DNA of 64,000 nucleotides from a virus: IMG/VR virus record IMGVR_UViG_2773857891_000002; one strand, 5' to 3'. Shown piece by piece: positions 55,120 to 64,000 of this stretch (position 1 is its first letter; each line of letters starts with the position of its first letter). The notes under the pieces were generated by a model. It saw only the letters and a program-made list of their open reading frames with translations, ran no database searches and was not told where the DNA came from. The position numbers and the translations under genes were made by a program.

Positions 55120-57498
55120 ATGAGCACCGAATTGGCTACAGCGTACCTGACTCTAATCCCGTCTTTGAAGGGCGCGTCTAAGCAAATTTCATCTGAGCTT
55201 GCGGGCGTGAATGTTTCCGGGGCCGGGGCGAAGATGGGGAAGAACCTGTCTGGTGGCATTAGCAAGGGCATGAACCTGCAGATTATTGGTGCCCGGCTGC
55301 AGGACCTGGGGGCGAACATTTCTCGCGTGGGGGATTCGCTTACCAATTCTATTACGAAGCCCGCTGTGGGGGCTGCAGCTGCGGTCGGTGGCATCGCGAT
55401 TGCTTTGGGGTTTAAGCGCCTTGTAGGGATTGACACCGCGCGCGCGAAGCTGATGGCGCTGGGGCACGACGGGGAATCTATTACCGACATTATGAACTCT
55501 GCCCTGGAATCGGTGAAGGGCACGTCTTACGGCTTGGGGGATGCTGCGACTATCGCCGCGTCCGCTGTCGCTGCCGGTGTTACCGCCGGTGAGGACCTGA
55601 CGAAATACCTGTCTAGCACTGCTGACGCTGCTGCGGTCGCAGGCACGAGCCTGTCGGAGATGGGTTACATATTCAACCAAGTTCAGACTGGGACGGTCGC
55701 GTACACGGACTCCCTTAACCAACTCGCTGACCGTGGTATCCCGATTTATCAGTGGCTAGCGGACGAATTGAATGTCACTGCGGGTGAGGTGAAGAAACTC
55801 GCTTCTGAGGGAAAGATTTCCAGCGAAGAGTTCTTTAAGGCGATTGATAAGAATATCGCTGGCGCTGCCCGCACTATAGGTCAAAACAGCGTTATGGGGG
55901 CATGGGAAAACACCAAAGCTGCTCTTGGACGTTTAGGTGCCGCTTTCCTTGGTGCAGGTGAAGATGGCGGCGGTTTCTTCGGCCAGATTCAACCTTTACT
56001 GGTCGAACTGATGGGGAAGATGGATGAGCTCGCACCGAAAGCAGAAGAGCTAGGCCGGAAGTTCGGGGAGTTTTTCGAAACTCTAGTTGGGCATATTCGG
56101 TCAGCTGTTTCTTGGTGGGAATCTTTGGACCAGAAAACCCAATCCACGATTTTGAAGATGGTGGGTATTGCGGTTGTTTTGGGTCCTGTCCTGAAAATCG
56201 TCGGCAGTTTGACGTCTGGGGTTGGGCTTCTACTGACCTCGTTTGGCCGTTTGGGCGGGTCTATGGGATCGGCGTCTGCTGGGGCTACTGGTCTTGGCAG
56301 CGCGGTTTCTAGGCTCGCTGGCCCAATCGCTCTCGTTGTTGCTGCGATTGCTGGGATGTGGACTAATTCTGAGAAGTTCCGTACTTCGGTTGAGGCTTTG
56401 GGTGCTTCGGCGGCGACGGCTTTTGAGGAAGTGTATGCGGCTTTGCAGCCTACTCTCGCTTTGATTGGTGAGCAGTGGGGGCCGCTCATGAAGTCTTTGG
56501 GCGATTCAATGGCGGACGTTTTTGAGTCATTGTTGCCAACGATTGAATCAGTGGTTTCCGCGTTGGGCACTGTTATTGAAGCGTTGACACCGGTTATTAA
56601 CTTCCTTCTGTTGACGTTTATTGGTGCCCTTGGTTCGGCAGCTCAAACAGTTTCACAGGTCATCACCTACATTTCTGGGACTGTGCAGTGGTTGGCCGGT
56701 AACCTGCAGGATTATGTAAACATGATTTCCGCGCTGTTCCGTGGGGACTGGTCTGCCGCTTGGGGTTACGCGAAAAGTATCGCGTCGCGTAATTTGCAGC
56801 AGCTAAAGGACACGGTCAAGGTAGTTTGGGATATCATTGTTGGTTATTTCCGTACTGCTGGTGCCCAGGTTGAGGCGATCACCGGTGTTTCGATTTCCGA
56901 TGTGAAGGCGGCGTTTTCTCGTGGTTTGACGAACATGAAGAAGGCCGCTCTTGATCGTCTTAACGCTATTGTCAATGATTTCCGTAACTTCAAATCGCGT
57001 GTGAAGGCTGCGTTTGGCAACCCTAGCGGTTTGCTGCGCGGGGTTGGTCGAGCGATCATTGACGGCCTGTGGGCGGGTATTAAGTCTGGGATCGGCAAGA
57101 TTGAGGCTGGTCTTAGGGACCTCACATCGAAGATCCCTGATTGGAAGGGGCCTAAAGAAAAAGACCGGAAACTTCTGACTGAGGCAGGCCGCCTAATCAT
57201 TGGTGGTTTCCGTGAGGGCTTGGAGTCCCAGTATTCGGGGGTTCGTGATTCTCTATTTGGTTTCACGGACTCATTAGTCGGCGGGGTTTCTGGGGTTTCT
57301 GGCCCTCGAATGGTTGTTTCTGGTATGCCTGCGTCAGGGCCTGTTATCGCCGGTCCTAGCGGTTCTCGTGGTTCGCGGTCTGATTTAGATTATTTAGCTG
57401 ATCGGATTGTGGATGGTTTATCGGGGATCGCTGCGGCTTCTGGGATGTCAGCCGATTTGCTCGGTGGGTCGCGCCGTAGGGTCCGGGCCGGTTTCTGA
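55120..57498 (+). CDS. Tape measure protein (intact, 792 aa)
   Basis: Follows chaperones; ELATAYLTLIPS start; Ala/Gly-rich amphipathic repeats; KIPDWKGP. Confidence 0.93.
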   Translation: MSTELATAYLTLIPSLKGASKQISSELAGVNVSGAGAKMGKNLSGGISKGMNLQIIGARLQDLGANISRVGDSLTNSITKPAVGAAAAVGGIAIALGFKRLVGIDTARAKLMALGHDGESITDIMNSALESVKGTSYGLGDAATIAASAVAAGVTAGEDLTKYLSSTADAAAVAGTSLSEMGYIFNQVQTGTVAYTDSLNQLADRGIPIYQWLADELNVTAGEVKKLASEGKISSEEFFKAIDKNIAGAARTIGQNSVMGAWENTKAALGRLGAAFLGAGEDGGGFFGQIQPLLVELMGKMDELAPKAEELGRKFGEFFETLVGHIRSAVSWWESLDQKTQSTILKMVGIAVVLGPVLKIVGSLTSGVGLLLTSFGRLGGSMGSASAGATGLGSAVSRLAGPIALVVAAIAGMWTNSEKFRTSVEALGASAATAFEEVYAALQPTLALIGEQWGPLMKSLGDSMADVFESLLPTIESVVSALGTVIEALTPVINFLLLTFIGALGSAAQTVSQVITYISGTVQWLAGNLQDYVNMISALFRGDWSAAWGYAKSIASRNLQQLKDTVKVVWDIIVGYFRTAGAQVEAITGVSISDVKAAFSRGLTNMKKAALDRLNAIVNDFRNFKSRVKAAFGNPSGLLRGVGRAIIDGLWAGIKSGIGKIEAGLRDLTSKIPDWKGPKEKDRKLLTEAGRLIIGGFREGLESQYSGVRDSLFGFTDSLVGGVSGVSGPRMVVSGMPASGPVIAGPSGSRGSRSDLDYLADRIVDGLSGIAAASGMSADLLGGSRRRVRAGF

Positions 57499-57515
57499 TT
57501 TTGGAGGTTTTTTGA

Positions 57516-59621
57516 ATGGCCGTTGAGTGGGGTTCTTGGTCCGGTCCTTCGGGGACGCGTTTTCGTGTAGGTATTGATTTGTCGGTGTCGGGTACGACAA
57601 TTACCGCGCGGTATTACTTGGGGTCTGAGGGTGGGGTTTCTGACAATCAGAAATTGGTGATGGGTTATTCTATTACTGGTTCTGTGAATTACACTGCTTC
57701 TCAGCCGTATAATGGCGGCACACAGCTGATCGCTACGCGGTCTGTGACGTCGTCGCGTGGGGTGCAGCGTCGTTTTTCTGCGCGTATTGAGGGCATTTAC
57801 AATGGTGCTTCTCCGCGTGTGGATGCTTATGCGATGGTCCCTGCCGCACCGCCGTCGTCGCCGGGGACGCCGTCTGTGGTTAGTGTGTCTTCTACCTCCA
57901 TGAGGATAAGCTGGTCTGCTCCGTCGTCTACTAATGGTGCGTCGATTACGCGCTATCAGGTGCAGCGGGCGGATAACAGCAGCTTCACGTCTGGTACCGC
58001 CGCAGCAACAACCACTAGCCGGTCGTACACGAACAGTAGTCTTTCACCTAATCGGACGTATTACTGGCGTGTGCGGGCGGAAAACTCCGCTGGCTGGTCT
58101 GGCTGGTCTGGTGGGCGTGCTGCGACGACTTCCCCTGCTCTACCGACCGCCCCGACTTCTGTGGCTGTGACACGGAATAGTGACACGTCGCAGGCGTTGT
58201 CGTGGACTCGGCAGGCGACTTCGCAGGCACCTTATGACTCGATTCAGGTTGAGCGGAAAGACACCGTCAACAGCTCGTGGACTCGTGTTGCGACGGTTGG
58301 TGGCACTGCAACGTCGTACACGGATACATCCACTGTTGCTTCGCGTCGGTATGACTACCGGGTGCGGGCGGTGAACGGCGGTGGCGCTGGCGGGTACTCG
58401 GCTACGGTGAGTGTGTCTACGTCGCCGAGTGCACCATCTGGTGTGGTAGCGAAGAAATCGGGCACGCAGATCAGTGTGTCTTGGTCTAAGTCAACGAACC
58501 AGTGGGGGATTTACCAGCACGTCATCCAGGATAATCCCGGTGGGACTGGCTGGGTGGATGTTGCAACCGTGGGGGATGTCACCTCATGGGCTGACACGGC
58601 CCCGGACACGAATGTCACTCACCAGTATCGTGTGGCTACGCGGGTGTACACGTATGGTGTGGGGTCTGCTGGGTTGACTGGCGGATGGTCCACCCCATCG
58701 GCTGTGGTGCAGCTGATCGCGCCACCGTTGGCACCCTCGCGTCGCCTACCAGTCGGGACGATCGACCGCGCCGCGATCCTGACCTTTGCATGGACCCACA
58801 ACCCAGTGGACACCACTGATCAGACCGCTTACGAACTGCAATACCGGGTCAATGGTGGGGCGTGGGTGCTGCTTACTGGCACGACGGCTGATGTGCGGAT
58901 GGTGTCCGCCCTTGGGGTGTCCGGCACTCTTGAGTGGCAGGTCCGCACAAAGGGTGAGCACCCCGACTTTGGGCCATGGTCACCGGTCTGGTCAGCGTCT
59001 TTGGCGTCTTTACCTGCCGTGGTTTTGCTTGCACCGGTCGGGACTCTACCGTCGTCTAGGTTGACGGCGGAATGGTCTTACGCGAACGCTGACAGTACTG
59101 GGCAGGCGGTGTGGGAAGCGCAGTTGCTGGATTCTGAGGGTGCTCTTTTGGAGACTCGTACGGGGTCTGGTGGGGCGGTTTCAGCTGTTTTTGAGACAGC
59201 CCTTGTGGATGGTGCAGATTATGTGGCTCGTGTGCGTGCTCGGTCTGGTGCGGGCATGTGGTCGAACTGGGAGTCGCAGCAATTCACGACTGATTTCCCG
59301 CTACCGGTCACGGTTGAGGCTATCCCTGTTTTCGATAGGGAAACAGGGGTCACCACACTGACTTTCACTGACCCGCCAACGCCCTCAACTTACGAGTGGA
59401 CTGGCCAGCCTAATGCGTCTCCCAGTACAAGTAACACGGCTGATGGCACTATCACTAACCTCGAGATAAACCCTCGGTTCGTAACGGACGCAGACACCCC
59501 TCCTGATTCCACACGCGAGCCACACGCGCTGTTACCAGCTGGTAGTTATGCCCTCGTTATCCCTGCCGCGCCGACCGGTTTTGGTTACGGCAGTTTCGCT
59601 TACGACCCTTTTGGAGAATGA
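57516..59621 (+). CDS. FN3 minor tail protein (copy 2)
   Basis: Identical to 18351-20456. Confidence 0.87.
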   Translation: MAVEWGSWSGPSGTRFRVGIDLSVSGTTITARYYLGSEGGVSDNQKLVMGYSITGSVNYTASQPYNGGTQLIATRSVTSSRGVQRRFSARIEGIYNGASPRVDAYAMVPAAPPSSPGTPSVVSVSSTSMRISWSAPSSTNGASITRYQVQRADNSSFTSGTAAATTTSRSYTNSSLSPNRTYYWRVRAENSAGWSGWSGGRAATTSPALPTAPTSVAVTRNSDTSQALSWTRQATSQAPYDSIQVERKDTVNSSWTRVATVGGTATSYTDTSTVASRRYDYRVRAVNGGGAGGYSATVSVSTSPSAPSGVVAKKSGTQISVSWSKSTNQWGIYQHVIQDNPGGTGWVDVATVGDVTSWADTAPDTNVTHQYRVATRVYTYGVGSAGLTGGWSTPSAVVQLIAPPLAPSRRLPVGTIDRAAILTFAWTHNPVDTTDQTAYELQYRVNGGAWVLLTGTTADVRMVSALGVSGTLEWQVRTKGEHPDFGPWSPVWSASLASLPAVVLLAPVGTLPSSRLTAEWSYANADSTGQAVWEAQLLDSEGALLETRTGSGGAVSAVFETALVDGADYVARVRARSGAGMWSNWESQQFTTDFPLPVTVEAIPVFDRETGVTTLTFTDPPTPSTYEWTGQPNASPSTSNTADGTITNLEINPRFVTDADTPPDSTREPHALLPAGSYALVIPAAPTGFGYGSFAYDPFGE

Positions 59622-59625
59622 TTTC

Positions 59626-62274
59626 ATGTCTATTACACCTTTCCCGACACAGGGCCAATACCCTTGGTACGACCAACTTGAACAGTGGGGCGCGGACACA
59701 CAAGCCGCCGCCGAATCCGCTGAACTAAACGCGGATGCTTTACGAGCAGACGTAGCAACCGCACTCAGCGACTCAACCGCCGCGAGTGCCGCCGCCATTG
59801 CTGCTGCAGGTCTCGTGGGTGCGCCTGCTGGGGAGGCTGTGCTCGCGGCCGTCTCAGAAGGAGGGGCCGCCTATGGTGAGTTGACCCGCTCGTTTACGCA
59901 AATCCGGCAAACGGACTTAGCTTCATTCCTTGAGCCCGGCGAAGTGCTACCTAACGATGGTGTAATGGATGCGTATCCGCTGTTTCAGCGCGCGGTTGAC
60001 GCAGTCACCGCGCAAGGGGTTCCTAAGACGATCGCTATCCCCAGCGGGAAATACCGCATACAGTCCTCGGTGCGGTGGCGCACCGGGTCTCATGTCGGAT
60101 TTGTGGGGGCGGGTCGGGAAAATACGCGAATCCTTCCAGAAGGATCAGCCGTATTTGGGATCATGGACCCGAGCTTCGATGACACTACAACGCTCAATGG
60201 CCTCCATTTCGCGGATTTCACCATCGATTGCAGTGGCCAGACCGGCCCTATGGATCAGGTGGGCATTAAGGGGATCGCCCTGCGTTGGCTTGTCGATTCC
60301 CGTTTTGACCGGGTGCGAATCTTAAACTCATGGGCGACCTCATTCGGGTGCGACTTCCTCCGCAACGTCACCTTCGCGGACTGCACGGCGATCGGCTCTG
60401 GTCGCGGCGCGATCAGCAGGCATTCGTTCGGTGCCGGATTCGGGATCGGAACCGGCGCGTTCGAGAATGAGACTGTCCGTTTCGAGTCCTGCTATGCGGA
60501 GGGCGCGCGTTCGTCCGGGTTCTTCGTCGAAAACCTCATCAGCACCCCTAACGGTGTGCGCGGCGAGGGGGCTGGGTTCATCATGACCGGCTGTGTTGCT
60601 GTCGGCAACTGGAACGGGCTGCGCGATTTCGGCGCAGAGTCGTCCGTGATTACCGGGTGCCAGTTCATTGATAACGAGAACGCTGGAATCAGCATCGACG
60701 GTGGCTCCCAGGCTGGCAGGCACGGAGGTCGCAACAACCTCGCGACGGGCAACATTATCCGTGGCAACAGCGTCGGTGTGCTTGTCGGTGACGCCGCAGT
60801 GGGTTCTTACACGTTTGCGGATAACGAAATTGTGGGAAACACTCTCGCAGGATGTCGAGTTACCGGTCGGATCGGTGAAGGGTGGATCTGGCAGGGCAAC
60901 CGTATCAGCCAGAACGGCGCGGGAGGGATCGAGATCCTTTCTCCCCTAATTTCCCTCCCACAGATCACAAACAACGTGATCCGAGAGAACGGGACCGGAG
61001 ACGGCATATCAATGGTTGGTGACACTGTGGAACCGGTTATCAACGGGAACACGATCTCAGGCCATCGCGGCGCTGGTATACGCCTTCCTGGTGAGTCATC
61101 GTTCATGACCACGCCAACGATACGCAACAACAACACCTCGGAGAACTCGCTGGGCAGCCTGGTGAACGAGAAGGTCACGGATGATACTGCGCATATCGCA
61201 GGGAACCGGGCAGGAGCATCCTTCTCGACGCTCACCAACCTCAATCCGCGTCCGTCGTTCCAGGACGGCTCGATTGGGCCGGTAACCGTGATCACGCGTT
61301 TCGAGGCTCCCGTGCCGCTGTTGGACGAGGAACGCGGATACGTTCGTCTCATCGCAATGGGGAACTCTCCGACTGCTCGTGTGATGCGCGTGAACGCTGC
61401 ACTGTCCGGGCCGCTGACCGTCTCCGCATGGGTTCGCGCCACCAGAGATACCCGCATCCGTGCGGCCGTCTCTGGGAGGTGGGCAGCGGGCACGCAAAGC
61501 CGCAACTGGCAGCAGGGCGGCGTGGAGGCCACGGGGGATTGGCAGCGCGTCCATGTGACGTTCGTGCTTCCAGCCAACGGGTCTGGGGCTGACTTGACTC
61601 TTTCCATCGACAACACCGAAGCGGGAGGCGTGCTCGATGTGCGTGACATCCTGCTGACCCCCGGCGTGACCCTCTGGGGCTACTTCGACGGAGACTCAGT
61701 CGGTGCCGAATGGACCGGCGCAGCATACGAATCTACGTCGGTGCTCACTCTTTCGGAAGTGCCAATCAGTCTTGAAGATCGGCTCTTTTCGCTTACTGGG
61801 CAAGTGCCGCTAGTAGAAAAAGTAGGGTCTGGCACCACGGGAGGTCTGACTGAAACAGCTGCTCAGCCACTAACGATGTACGCGGTCTTTGCGTCTGCCC
61901 CGTCAGGGGTCCGTGCCCGCTTGCGTAGTGCAGTAAACCCCGCTACTGACCGGTTCGCCATAGGTAGGAATGGCGCTGGCAACGCGTGGGTGGCCGTCGC
62001 GACAGACACCACCGAGGCCACAAAATTTGCGGCAGTAAACATGGTGGCAGGCCCCGCAGTTATTGCAGGGGTCCGCGAGGAAACCATTATCACCGTTGAC
62101 GTTCACGGGGAGTCATCTAACTCGATTGAGGTCGATGGATTCAATGCAGTTCCTTTGGCGAACATAAATAATGACGCCTCGGTAGTGCACTCGCTCGTTT
62201 ACTTGGGGGCGCATGAAGCGGGGGTCCGGTCCGCTGTGATGGACGCCCTGGCCGCTGAGTATGGCATCGCTTAA
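59626..62274 (+). CDS. Beta-helix tailspike (copy 2)
   Basis: Identical to 20461-23109. Confidence 0.82.
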   Translation: MSITPFPTQGQYPWYDQLEQWGADTQAAAESAELNADALRADVATALSDSTAASAAAIAAAGLVGAPAGEAVLAAVSEGGAAYGELTRSFTQIRQTDLASFLEPGEVLPNDGVMDAYPLFQRAVDAVTAQGVPKTIAIPSGKYRIQSSVRWRTGSHVGFVGAGRENTRILPEGSAVFGIMDPSFDDTTTLNGLHFADFTIDCSGQTGPMDQVGIKGIALRWLVDSRFDRVRILNSWATSFGCDFLRNVTFADCTAIGSGRGAISRHSFGAGFGIGTGAFENETVRFESCYAEGARSSGFFVENLISTPNGVRGEGAGFIMTGCVAVGNWNGLRDFGAESSVITGCQFIDNENAGISIDGGSQAGRHGGRNNLATGNIIRGNSVGVLVGDAAVGSYTFADNEIVGNTLAGCRVTGRIGEGWIWQGNRISQNGAGGIEILSPLISLPQITNNVIRENGTGDGISMVGDTVEPVINGNTISGHRGAGIRLPGESSFMTTPTIRNNNTSENSLGSLVNEKVTDDTAHIAGNRAGASFSTLTNLNPRPSFQDGSIGPVTVITRFEAPVPLLDEERGYVRLIAMGNSPTARVMRVNAALSGPLTVSAWVRATRDTRIRAAVSGRWAAGTQSRNWQQGGVEATGDWQRVHVTFVLPANGSGADLTLSIDNTEAGGVLDVRDILLTPGVTLWGYFDGDSVGAEWTGAAYESTSVLTLSEVPISLEDRLFSLTGQVPLVEKVGSGTTGGLTETAAQPLTMYAVFASAPSGVRARLRSAVNPATDRFAIGRNGAGNAWVAVATDTTEATKFAAVNMVAGPAVIAGVREETIITVDVHGESSNSIEVDGFNAVPLANINNDASVVHSLVYLGAHEAGVRSAVMDALAAEYGIA

Positions 62275-62316
62275 TGTCGGGAAGCGCCCTAAACCGAATC
62301 CATGATTGGAGGGGAA

Positions 62317-63120
62317 ATGCGTTACGAAACCATTGCCACATTGGCAAACGAAACCTACGTGATAACCCCGCTTGAGGAAGGGCAAGCACTCCACTTCAAC
62401 GGAAACCGGTACACCGGCCCTGTAGGTGAACCGATCCGCGTGTACGGCACCGGCCCCGTGGAAATCTCCCAAGGGAAATGGGGTAACCGCCTACGTGCAA
62501 CCGGCAAATACGACGGCCCCTACTTCGACGGTTACACCCCCAGCACCGTTCCTGCCGAGTTCCTCACGCTACAACGCAGCATTGACGGCAGCCCTTGGGT
62601 AACCCTCGCGGAAGACATACAACTCGACGGAGCCGTAACCGACCCCATCCCCGCGCTCGCAGGCACAAACACCTACCGGGCAGTCAGCAAAACCGTGTTG
62701 CCCACCAGCGCAAACGGGCCAAACGTTGACTACCAAATCAACGAACCGAAATGGCACTACATCAACACTGGCCCGCACATGAGCGAAGTCTACAGAGTGT
62801 ACGGAAACCCCAACCTCTCACGACAACACAGCCGCAACCGCGCCACCATCCACATGGCCGGACGCGCAAACCCCATCACAATCACCGGGGAGAACCGCTC
62901 ATCAACCTACACGCTGACAGCCCAACTCACCCCCGACGCGACACCACCCAACCAATGGGAAAACCTCGAATGGACACCCGACCCAATCTGCTACCGAGAC
63001 CCATCAGGACAACGCATCCTAGGGACAGTCAACGGCACAGAACTGACCGGGTCGAAATGGCCGGAGGTGAGCGTCGCATTCACAAAAACCGACTACCAAG
63101 AGGAAGAAATCTATGAGTAA
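62317..63120 (+). CDS. Minor tail protein (copy 2)
   Basis: Identical to 23152-23955. Confidence 0.78.
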   Translation: MRYETIATLANETYVITPLEEGQALHFNGNRYTGPVGEPIRVYGTGPVEISQGKWGNRLRATGKYDGPYFDGYTPSTVPAEFLTLQRSIDGSPWVTLAEDIQLDGAVTDPIPALAGTNTYRAVSKTVLPTSANGPNVDYQINEPKWHYINTGPHMSEVYRVYGNPNLSRQHSRNRATIHMAGRANPITITGENRSSTYTLTAQLTPDATPPNQWENLEWTPDPICYRDPSGQRILGTVNGTELTGSKWPEVSVAFTKTDYQEEEIYE

Positions 63121-64000
63121 AGCGCATAGGGTTCAAACCCTCAAGGTGAACCTGCTCGACACCGGGGAGAACCTTCTAGGGGAACTCCCCGGCGTCGAGG
63201 GGGGCGGATTCGAGTACAACACCAACGCCATCGTAAAAACGTCGGGTTCCCTTGACGTTGTCGGGGTGACGTCGAGGGACTGGACTAATCTTCGTGTCCA
63301 ACCGGTCATCAGCGTAGACGGGGAGGATCACCCTTTGGGGGTGTTTCTTCCCACCTCCCCCGAAACCGCGTGGGATGACCACTTCACAACCCAAACTGTG
63401 GACCTGCTCGACAAGCTTGCGATCCTTGACCAGGCAGTAACCCCCACGATGCTGTCAATCCCTGCAGGGACAAACCTGACCGACGCGGTCACCGCCGTCA
63501 TTGAAATGTCCGGGGAACCAGCCGGGGCAGTGAACCCATCCGACCAGACAACGCGGACAGACACCACCTGGGAGCCAGGGACAACACTCCTGCGGGTGGT
63601 GAACGATCTGCTGGAATCCGCGAACTACTTTTCACTGTGGTGTGACGGCTGGGGGCGCTACCAAATCACACCATACGTGGACACGAAATCGCGTCCAATC
63701 GTCGCCGAATGGGAAGAAGGGGAAAACGCGACTTTCACACCTGACTTCGACCACCTCGAGGATATTTATACAGTCCCTAACCGTGTGATCTGCGTCTCCC
63801 AGGCGACAGGAGACGAGGAAGCCCTAGTGTCTGTCGCGGAGAACACAAACCCGCAAAGTCCGTACAGTTTCCAGGCGCGCGGACGGTGGATCGACCACGT
63901 CGAAGAAAACGTGGAAACCACCGGGCAAACCGCCCTCAACGACTACGCGGCAAGGCGACTACAAGAACTATCCTCCGCAATGTCGACCGTCACAATCACC
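63113..64000 (+). CDS. Minor tail/baseplate hub protein (copy 2, intact frame, runs off the window)
   Basis: C5 at 63357-63361 keeps the frame open to the window end. Confidence 0.8.
   Translation, partial: MSKAHRVQTLKVNLLDTGENLLGELPGVEGGGFEYNTNAIVKTSGSLDVVGVTSRDWTNLRVQPVISVDGEDHPLGVFLPTSPETAWDDHFTTQTVDLLDKLAILDQAVTPTMLSIPAGTNLTDAVTAVIEMSGEPAGAVNPSDQTTRTDTTWEPGTTLLRVVNDLLESANYFSLWCDGWGRYQITPYVDTKSRPIVAEWEEGENATFTPDFDHLEDIYTVPNRVICVSQATGDEEALVSVAENTNPQSPYSFQARGRWIDHVEENVETTGQTALNDYAARRLQELSSAMSTVTIT

Larger units (their letters stand above)
39164..64000. repeat. Direct repeat of phage genome, copy 2 (partial; reading frames intact)
   Basis: Same ORFs as 1-24834; tape measure and minor tail frames are unbroken here. 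Confidence 0.99.

Overview
The window holds about 1.63 head-to-tail copies of one ~39.16 kb temperate actinobacteriophage (siphovirus) genome. Bases 1-24834 recur at 39164-64000, and the only differences I found are five single-base homopolymer indels, so this is a concatemer, an over-circularised long-read assembly or a tandem prophage. Gene order runs from a likely 3'-cos end at ~7140 (Cutibacterium PA6-like terminase and end sequence) through head and tail genes, a beta-helix tailspike, an M15 endolysin and holin, a metallophosphoesterase, a tyrosine integrase, an intact attP (3' part of tRNA-Phe with arm repeats), ImmA/repressor/Cro, an antirepressor, excisionase, RecE/RecT, NrdH, SSB, RusA, WhiB, Rep/loader/DnaB and HNH. 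The strongest novelty candidate is a self-contained leftward cassette at 28886-29723. It has its own sigma70 promoter with a palindromic operator between -35 and -10, an unknown 81-aa protein and an Aca2/YdiL (DUF1870)-like HTH repressor, i.e. the layout of an anti-CRISPR/anti-defence (acr-aca) operon. Other accessory features are a sortase-anchored (LAETG) surface protein whose signal peptide is hidden by a G-tract frameshift, a reverse-oriented leaderless lipoprotein moron inside the tail operon, a minor tail gene that looks split by the tailspike gene, and a switch-like structured leader before HNH. All family assignments come from motif recognition only; no database searches were run.
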